DNA from: an uncultured Actinomycetes bacterium
GTDB lineage: Bacteria > Actinomycetota > Thermoleophilia > RBG-16-64-13
Direction of reading: 5' to 3'
DNA: 64,000 nucleotides
Assembly: GCA_963841735.1 (NCBI GenBank)
Contig: CAWJDT010000005.1
Location: 254,620 to 318,619 of the forward strand
Part shown: positions 58,010 through 64,000 of the stretch, in pieces
How positions within the stretch are numbered: the first letter of the stretch is position 1
Layout: every line of letters starts with the position of its first letter
The notes under the pieces: model-generated
The model's database searches: none
Seen by the model: only the letters and a program-made list of their open reading frames with translations
Told to the model about the DNA's origin: nothing
Translations under genes and position numbers: made by a program

Positions 58010-59310
58010 CCCCGCTCGGCGACAAGACAACCGACTGCGTCCGCGGCGTGAACCGAGTCAAACTGATCCTCTCAACCACGGTGTGCACCTTGGCCGCCGT
58101 CGCCCTACTGGCCGGGACGGCGGCTCCTGTTCACGCCGCCGGCATCTCCGAGAGAGACAGGCTCAGCCTCCTCGACTCCGCCACCAGGCTCACCAACAAC
58201 GCGCTCAAGTATCTCCACACCACCTACTGGGAGGCCAACTACCACTATGAGGTCGTTGGCGGCATGGAAATGGCCTTGCCCGCCGTGCCCTTGACGAACG
58301 AAGCCTCCATCCGCCCCCAGGCATCAGCGCTCTGCGCCACCGCACTCATGCTCAACACCGGCAGATATGACCCCGCCACCACCGGAGTGTCCGCTAACGA
58401 AGCCCGGAGGCGCGTAGTCGCCTGGTCCAACGCGCTGGCGCTGTCCTACAACGAGCAGCGCTGGGGCAAGGGCTGGCAGTCGGCCTTGTGGACGTACTAC
58501 TGGGCCTTCGGCTCCAAGCAGGTCTGGAGCTCCCTCCCCCCTGCTACTCGGACAAGGGTGACGGCAGCCGTCACCGCCGAGGCCAACTACCTGCTCACCA
58601 TCCCACCGCCCTTCTATGCGGACAAGAACGGCAAGGTGCTTTCCCCGGGCGACTCCAAGTCGGAGGAGAATGCGTGGAACGCCTCGCTGCTGTTTATGGC
58701 CGCAAAGATGTTTCTGGCTCAACCCAGCGCCGCGAAGTGGGACGCGCAGGCCAGGTGGTACATGATCGCCGCTTACGCCTCCCCCCAACAGATCGGGACC
58801 GACCGGCGAATCACCGGGAGCAACATCAACTCCGACGGCACAGTGATCAACCACGGCTATATCAACGTCGACTACTTCACCTGCCAAGCGGAGTTCGCCA
58901 TGAAGTCGCACATCGTCGCCCGGCAAACCGGTACGAGCGCCCCTTGGGAGTGCTCCAACAACCTCGCGCTGGTCTGGAGAGCACTCACCAGGCTGCGGTT
59001 CACCGGCGGGACCATCTATCGCTTAGATCCGGCCCGCCGGCCTTCGGCTGATGTCTACTACCCCTACGGGTGCGACTACAGCTCGTATAGAAAGTTCAAC
59101 CTCGCGCAGATGGACGTGGAGGCCTTCTTGCAGCACGTCGACAAACAGGCTTTTGCCTGGGCGAACGCCCATCTCAAGTACACCCTGGCGCAACAGGCGC
59201 GACACGTTGACGGCCATGCCTTCGCCGCCGGAGAGAACGCCAACCCCGGTGACGAGCCCTTCTTGGCCGTCACCGGAGCGGAGATGGTGGCCCGCCTGCT
59301 CTATCGCTAG
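58006..59310 (+). CDS. secreted protein of unknown function
   Basis: Signal peptide ending VHA. Trp/Tyr/Asn-rich helical body. Start is GTG 58006 or 58048. Confidence 0.75.
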   Translation: MTPLGDKTTDCVRGVNRVKLILSTTVCTLAAVALLAGTAAPVHAAGISERDRLSLLDSATRLTNNALKYLHTTYWEANYHYEVVGGMEMALPAVPLTNEASIRPQASALCATALMLNTGRYDPATTGVSANEARRRVVAWSNALALSYNEQRWGKGWQSALWTYYWAFGSKQVWSSLPPATRTRVTAAVTAEANYLLTIPPPFYADKNGKVLSPGDSKSEENAWNASLLFMAAKMFLAQPSAAKWDAQARWYMIAAYASPQQIGTDRRITGSNINSDGTVINHGYINVDYFTCQAEFAMKSHIVARQTGTSAPWECSNNLALVWRALTRLRFTGGTIYRLDPARRPSADVYYPYGCDYSSYRKFNLAQMDVEAFLQHVDKQAFAWANAHLKYTLAQQARHVDGHAFAAGENANPGDEPFLAVTGAEMVARLLYR

Positions 59311-59344
59311 CTGCGGCTACACCCGCGGAGTGATCGCTCGCCAA

Positions 59345-61567
59345 TCATTCTTCGAGCTGAAGCTTGGGCACCACACCGATCTCGTGGATCTCGCGTTTGT
59401 GACTGGGACGAAGAGCCTTGCCTTCGACGTCGAAGTCGGGCAGGAGCCGGTCGAGCCACCGTGGTAGCCACCACGCCTTCTGACCAAGCAGCGCCATCAC
59501 GGCAGGCACGATGGTCATGCGCACCACGAAGGCATCCAGCAGTATGGCGCAGGCGAGACCGAACCCGATCGTGGCGATAGTGGGGTCGCCGGCGAACACG
59601 CCGAACCCGCCGAACACTCCCATCATTATGAGCGCGGCCGCGGTGACCACCCGTGCCCCATGACCGAGTCCCGAGACGACGGCCTCGCGTGGCGAGGCCC
59701 CGTGAATGTATTCCTCGCGCATGCGGATCACCAGAAAGACCTGGTAGTCCATGGCCAGCCCGAATACGATGGCCACCAGAAGAATGGGCATGACGCTCAT
59801 GATCGGGGCAGGCTGTTCCACGATGCCGAACAGACTGCCAAGCCAACCTTGTTGAAAGACGGCGACGATCACTCCTAGAGTGGCCATTATGCTGACCAGG
59901 AATCCGAGCGAGGCGATCAGCGGCACGACGAGAGACCGGAACGCCAGCGTGAGAACGATGAAAGCGAGCCCGACGACGATCACCAGGTACAGCGGCAGCG
60001 CGCTATTGAGTCTCGCGGTCATGTCGATCTCCAGGGCGGTCTTTCCGGTCACGAGGACCTCCGCACCGGTCTGTGCACGGAGCGAGGCGCTCTCACCCCG
60101 AATCGCCTTGACAAGGTCGTTCGTCGACTGACTGCTCGCGCCGTCCTTGGGTATGACGCTGAGGACAGCGGTGTTACCGCTCTCGTTGAACATGGGATCT
60201 GTGACCATCACCACATCGCCGAGCTGTTTGATGGCGCCACCAACGTAGGTGGCCGCTGCGTTGCCGTCCGAACTGGCAGTCGCGTCTACGACCACCATCA
60301 GAGGCCCGTTGAAGCCCGGGCCAAAGCCCTGGGCCAGCAAGTCGTATGCCTTCCGCTGCGTGGTAGTGGGCGCGGCGGTGCCGTTGTCAGGCAGAGCCAT
60401 CCGCAGGCTCATTACCGGAAGGGCAAGACCGATCAGCAGCACGAGCCCCGCAATCAGGAAGGGAACGCGATGGCGAACAACGAAGGCTCCCCAGCGCTGG
60501 CCCACGGCGGGCCTCGCGCTGACGGCCTCGGGATCGCGTGCGCGCAGCCCCGGGATCCGCCCGGACAGGACCCTCCGCCCGGCGAAACCGACCAGAGCCG
60601 GCAGCAGGGTGAGCGCCATCAGCACAGCGATAACGACTCCCAGCGCTGCAAACAGGCCCATCAAGGTAGTGGTGCCGATGTTGATGGCAACAAGCCCGCA
60701 CAATGCAATAACAACCGTGAGACCGGCGAACACCACTGTGGATCCCGCCGTGCCCGTCGCATGGCCGATGGCCTCGCCGGGGTCCTTGCCTATGGCGATC
60801 TCATGCCTGAACCGCGACACAATGAGAAGCGCATAGTCGATGGCTACCGCCAAACCGATCATGACCGCAAGTGTCGGGGTGGCCGACTGTATGTGAATGA
60901 ACCCGCTCAGCGTGGTCATGATAGCCATCGTGAGCCCCACGCCGAGGATGGCCGTTAGCAACGGCAGACCGGCGGCCACGAGCGAGCCAAAAGTGACGAT
61001 AAGCACAAGCGCGGCAATAACGACTCCCGACAGATCAGCAGCGCCCATCTCGGGAATCGCCTGCAGAGCGTCGCCGCCGATCTCCACTGTGAGCCCGGCG
61101 TCCCGGCCTGGCTCTACGGCAGCCTTCAAAGAGTCCCGAGCAGCGTCGGTCAGGCCGATCGGCGCCGCGCTATAGGTGACCTGCGCATAACCGATCGTCC
61201 CGGCCTCATTGACTGCTTGAGCCTCGAACGGGTCGACCACCCGAGCGACCTCAGGTCCCGCCTTCAGCTCGTCGACCACCCGCTCGACAGCCGCCCGGTT
61301 GCCCGCGGTCGTCAGAGTCTGTCCCGCGGGAGCAGCGAACACGACCTGGGCAGTCGCCCCCTGAGCCGCAAGCTGAGGAAAGCGCTCGCCAAGCAGATCG
61401 ATCGCCTTCTGCGCCTCGGTCCCAGGGATAGAGAACTCAGTCGAGGATGGTCCCGAAAGAGTCAAAGCGCCGACCACGAAGACGGCCAGTACGCCAAGCC
61501 AGATGACCACAGTAAGCTTGCGGCGCCGGTAACAGAACACGCCGAGCCTATGAAGAACCTTGGCCAT
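59345..61567 (-). CDS. MMPL (RND-like) transporter
   Basis: GLAVAIDYAL...RFRHE, GFGPGFNGPL, FGLAMDYQVFL..RMRE, WWLPRWLD. Confidence 0.95.
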   Translation of the reverse strand: MAKVLHRLGVFCYRRRKLTVVIWLGVLAVFVVGALTLSGPSSTEFSIPGTEAQKAIDLLGERFPQLAAQGATAQVVFAAPAGQTLTTAGNRAAVERVVDELKAGPEVARVVDPFEAQAVNEAGTIGYAQVTYSAAPIGLTDAARDSLKAAVEPGRDAGLTVEIGGDALQAIPEMGAADLSGVVIAALVLIVTFGSLVAAGLPLLTAILGVGLTMAIMTTLSGFIHIQSATPTLAVMIGLAVAIDYALLIVSRFRHEIAIGKDPGEAIGHATGTAGSTVVFAGLTVVIALCGLVAINIGTTTLMGLFAALGVVIAVLMALTLLPALVGFAGRRVLSGRIPGLRARDPEAVSARPAVGQRWGAFVVRHRVPFLIAGLVLLIGLALPVMSLRMALPDNGTAAPTTTQRKAYDLLAQGFGPGFNGPLMVVVDATASSDGNAAATYVGGAIKQLGDVVMVTDPMFNESGNTAVLSVIPKDGASSQSTNDLVKAIRGESASLRAQTGAEVLVTGKTALEIDMTARLNSALPLYLVIVVGLAFIVLTLAFRSLVVPLIASLGFLVSIMATLGVIVAVFQQGWLGSLFGIVEQPAPIMSVMPILLVAIVFGLAMDYQVFLVIRMREEYIHGASPREAVVSGLGHGARVVTAAALIMMGVFGGFGVFAGDPTIATIGFGLACAILLDAFVVRMTIVPAVMALLGQKAWWLPRWLDRLLPDFDVEGKALRPSHKREIHEIGVVPKLQLEE

Positions 61568-61858
61568 TAGCGGATACCTTTCTCTTTGTCGGGGGAAAAC
61601 CCCCGCGAAATACCAATGCATGACAGATCGGACACTGTATCGGCAGATGCCCGAAACTACTTAACTGGTCGTGCAGTATACAGTGAAGCTACTATCCGTC
61701 AACTCTATTACGCCAGCACTTTGCTTTCCGATATTGTTAATGATCACTTAGTCTTATGCTCTGGAGCGCAAGCAGCGCCGCGCCAACGAAGCAGGTTCGC
61801 CGCCCGAAATCATGGATAATGACTCTGTCGACCAAACCACGTTTGTCGCACAAGGTGT

Positions 61859-62344
61859 ATGAGCATGGATGAAGCTCAGAATCAGTTGATTATTGAACTC
61901 CTCGACTCGTTCGATGAACTGTGGGGCGGCGCAGGGAGCTCCGGCATACTCGATGGGCTCTCCCACGCGAACCTAGTAGACCTCACAGTGTCACAGCTAT
62001 GTGTCCTCATGTTCCTGAGACCGGGGCCCCAGCGTATCGGCCGGCTTGCGGAGAGGCTAAGGACCAGTCTGCCCTCGGCGACCAGCATCGCCAATCGCAT
62101 GGAGCAGCGGGGTCTCATCGAGCGGGAGCACGACGAGAGCGATGGCCGTGTGGTCTTGTGCCGTCTCACCCAATCTGGCGAGGAGCTGATCAATATTCTC
62201 TATCAGCATCAGCGAGGGCTCATGGCCAGTCGGTTCGAGACTCTCAGCCTGGGGGAATTGGGCACGGTCAGCCACGCCTTTGAGCTGATGGCCAAAGCGG
62301 TGCAGCAATTCCTCGACAATGAAGGGGTCAGCAAGGTCACATAG
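61859..62344 (+). CDS. MarR-family regulator
   Basis: LTVSQ...LAERL...GLIEREHDESDGRVVLCRLT.SG. Divergent from the MMPL gene. Confidence 0.92.
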   Translation: MSMDEAQNQLIIELLDSFDELWGGAGSSGILDGLSHANLVDLTVSQLCVLMFLRPGPQRIGRLAERLRTSLPSATSIANRMEQRGLIEREHDESDGRVVLCRLTQSGEELINILYQHQRGLMASRFETLSLGELGTVSHAFELMAKAVQQFLDNEGVSKVT

Positions 62345-62472
62345 GTCCAGAAGCCGCACTGATCTACCGGAACTGCACAACTTTCGGTGAGCATTTTCGG
62401 ACGGGTCGGGCCGTGTAGCCGACCGCGTGAATCCTTACAAACAGAAAGCCCCGCAAAACGGGGCTTCTCTAA

Positions 62473-62545
62473 TGAGCCGTGATGGACTCGAACCATCGAC
62501 CATCGGATTAAAAGTCCGGTGCTCTACCAACTGAGCTAACGGCCC
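62473..62545 (-). tRNA. tRNA-Lys(TTT)
   Basis: GGGCCGT...ACGGCTCA, anticodon loop CT TTT AA, followed by hairpin AAGCCCCG/CGGGGCTT. Confidence 0.97.
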
Positions 62546-62558
62546 ACGCAGGCGTCAG

Positions 62559-62587
62559 ATTGTAGCCTTGGCCCCAGGTGATGTCAA
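62559..62587 (-). promoter_or_regulatory. sigma70 promoter of tRNA-Lys
   Basis: Minus-strand TTGACA-17 nt-TACAAT. Confidence 0.8.
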
Positions 62588-62727
62588 CGCGCGCCGAACC
62601 ACGCAGCAAGCCGCGTCACCGCCCCCGCACGTTACGGAACCGTAACCATTTTCTAACGTTAGCCTTATTCCCAACTGGGTAACCTGGACCTAGACCACAC
62701 ACGGTGAAACCACAAGAGGCAAACGAC

Positions 62728-63876
62728 ATGACCCTTCACAAGAGAACGAAGAGGACCGCGGGAACCATCGCCCTCATGCTCATGCTCTGCATGACCCTGC
62801 TGCTCGCGCTCCCCTCCGGCGCCTTGGCTTGGAACAACTGCCCCAAGGGACTGGTGAACGATCCCTACCCGGGAGCGTGCCGGCGCTATGTGGACACCAA
62901 CGGTGACAACATCTGTGATCTCTCGCAATCGGAACCGGTCGCCTCCACCACCACCTCCACCACCAAGGTGACGGCGACCACCACCACCGTGGCTGTGGCT
63001 ACCACCACGTCCGGAGAGCCCCCTACCGGTAGTTGCCCGCTTGGTCCCTGCCTGGGCTGCGGCGCCTGCGCCAGCTTCAGCCTGGACACCATCGTGGAAT
63101 CCACCATCGTGGACTCCACCATCTCCACAAGCATCGTCGATGGCACTGCTTCCGAAGCCGCCCTCGTCGCCTTCGCCGCGTCGGCCGCCACCTCCACCAC
63201 TACACCGACCTCCGGCGGATCGGGAAGCTCGGACACTGCGGCCACTGCCGCCTCTGCCGCCTCTGCCGCAACGGTAGCGTCCGCTGCGGCGACCGACTCC
63301 GGCGGTGCCACCCTCCTCACCCACTACATGGTCAGCCCTATCGCTCTTGGGTTCTTCCTCATCTACGCCGTGAGTTTTGCCCTCTACAAGACCAAGCGCA
63401 TCCGCGTGACCACGCACCGCAAGATATGGAACGTCCTCCTGCTGGCCACCTTCTTGATCACCGGCATCTTCGGGCTGCTCCTTACCATCCAGCTCGACTA
63501 CACCTTGCCGTTCACCATCCCCATAAACATCTTGTTCTGGCACGTGGAAGCAGGCATCGTGATGACGCTCATCTCCCTCTTCCACATGGGCTGGCACTTC
63601 AAGTACTACCGAAACCTGGTCCGGGCCGGCCGCGCCAAAGTCCGCGTCGCCCGCGAAGCCGAGCGGGCCGGCGAACGGGTCCGAGTGCCCGCACGTCCGC
63701 AGTTGGTTCTTGAGTCCCGCGACCAGCGCCTGGCCGAACGCGAAGCCCGCCGCATCGAGCGCGAACGCGCGGGGGCGGCCACCGAGCCTGGCCGCGTGAC
63801 CGCAGCTGGATACGCGACGGAGCGCCGTTCCCAGGCCCCGGCCCCGCGCCACTGGGCCGAGCCTGAGATGAAGTAG
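62728..63876 (+). CDS. Cys-motif extracellular domain plus DUF4405-like His-containing membrane domain
   Basis: Signal peptide, CPKGLVNDPYPGAC..Y.D.N.D.ICD, CPLGPCLGCGAC, Thr/Ser linkers, TMs with HVEAG and HMGWH. Confidence 0.78.
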   Translation: MTLHKRTKRTAGTIALMLMLCMTLLLALPSGALAWNNCPKGLVNDPYPGACRRYVDTNGDNICDLSQSEPVASTTTSTTKVTATTTTVAVATTTSGEPPTGSCPLGPCLGCGACASFSLDTIVESTIVDSTISTSIVDGTASEAALVAFAASAATSTTTPTSGGSGSSDTAATAASAASAATVASAAATDSGGATLLTHYMVSPIALGFFLIYAVSFALYKTKRIRVTTHRKIWNVLLLATFLITGIFGLLLTIQLDYTLPFTIPINILFWHVEAGIVMTLISLFHMGWHFKYYRNLVRAGRAKVRVAREAERAGERVRVPARPQLVLESRDQRLAEREARRIERERAGAATEPGRVTAAGYATERRSQAPAPRHWAEPEMK

Positions 63877-63939
63877 CAGCGCCGCCGGTCGAGTCGGAAC
63901 ACTCAAGACCGGGAAGTTCCGGAGCGCAGGGAAGTTCCG

Positions 63940-63983
63940 GAGCGGCGCCCGGGCCGACAGGCCCGGGCGCCGCTCGCACTTTC
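63940..63983 (+). terminator. intrinsic terminator
   Basis: 16-bp perfect stem (63940-63955 / 63960-63975) followed by GCACTTTT. Confidence 0.75.
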
Positions 63984-64000
63984 TGACAGAACGTTGTATT

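Overview
High-GC bacterial chromosomal window. The gene content, CCA-less tRNAs and leaderless promoters suggest Actinomycetota; this taxonomy is an inference. The first ~13 kb is the right part of an integrated mobile element. Its backbone is a large serine recombinase ending in an att site that contains a tRNA 3' end, XRE and RHH regulators, an N4/N6 DNA methyltransferase, a replication-relaxation relaxase, a VirD4-like coupling ATPase and small membrane proteins. Its cargo is a DUF1156-type methylase with a PD-(D/E)XK nuclease, an Abi/HEPN-like gene, an IS3 remnant and a pilin fused to an FGE/C-type-lectin domain. The 3' end of the pilin gene has the codon signature of a diversity-generating retroelement (DGR) variable region, but I saw no RT or template repeat in the window. 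Host region: GAF-PP2C phosphatase at the end of a four-gene WG-repeat array, glgP, MFS pumps, queF-C-D//E, an L,D-transpeptidase and a UbiD-etfB-etfA-ETF:QO cluster. A decayed island next to tRNA-Phe carries a hybrid kinase and an ECF sigma/anti-sigma/matrixin/TIMP-like module. Further right are tRNA-Phe, -Asp, -Val and -Glu, alr, a GGDEF protein, malic enzyme, a VanW protein, an antiporter, SPFH, SDR, MMPL/MarR, tRNA-Lys and a Cys-rich membrane protein. Several housekeeping genes carry indels that most likely reflect consensus sequencing errors.
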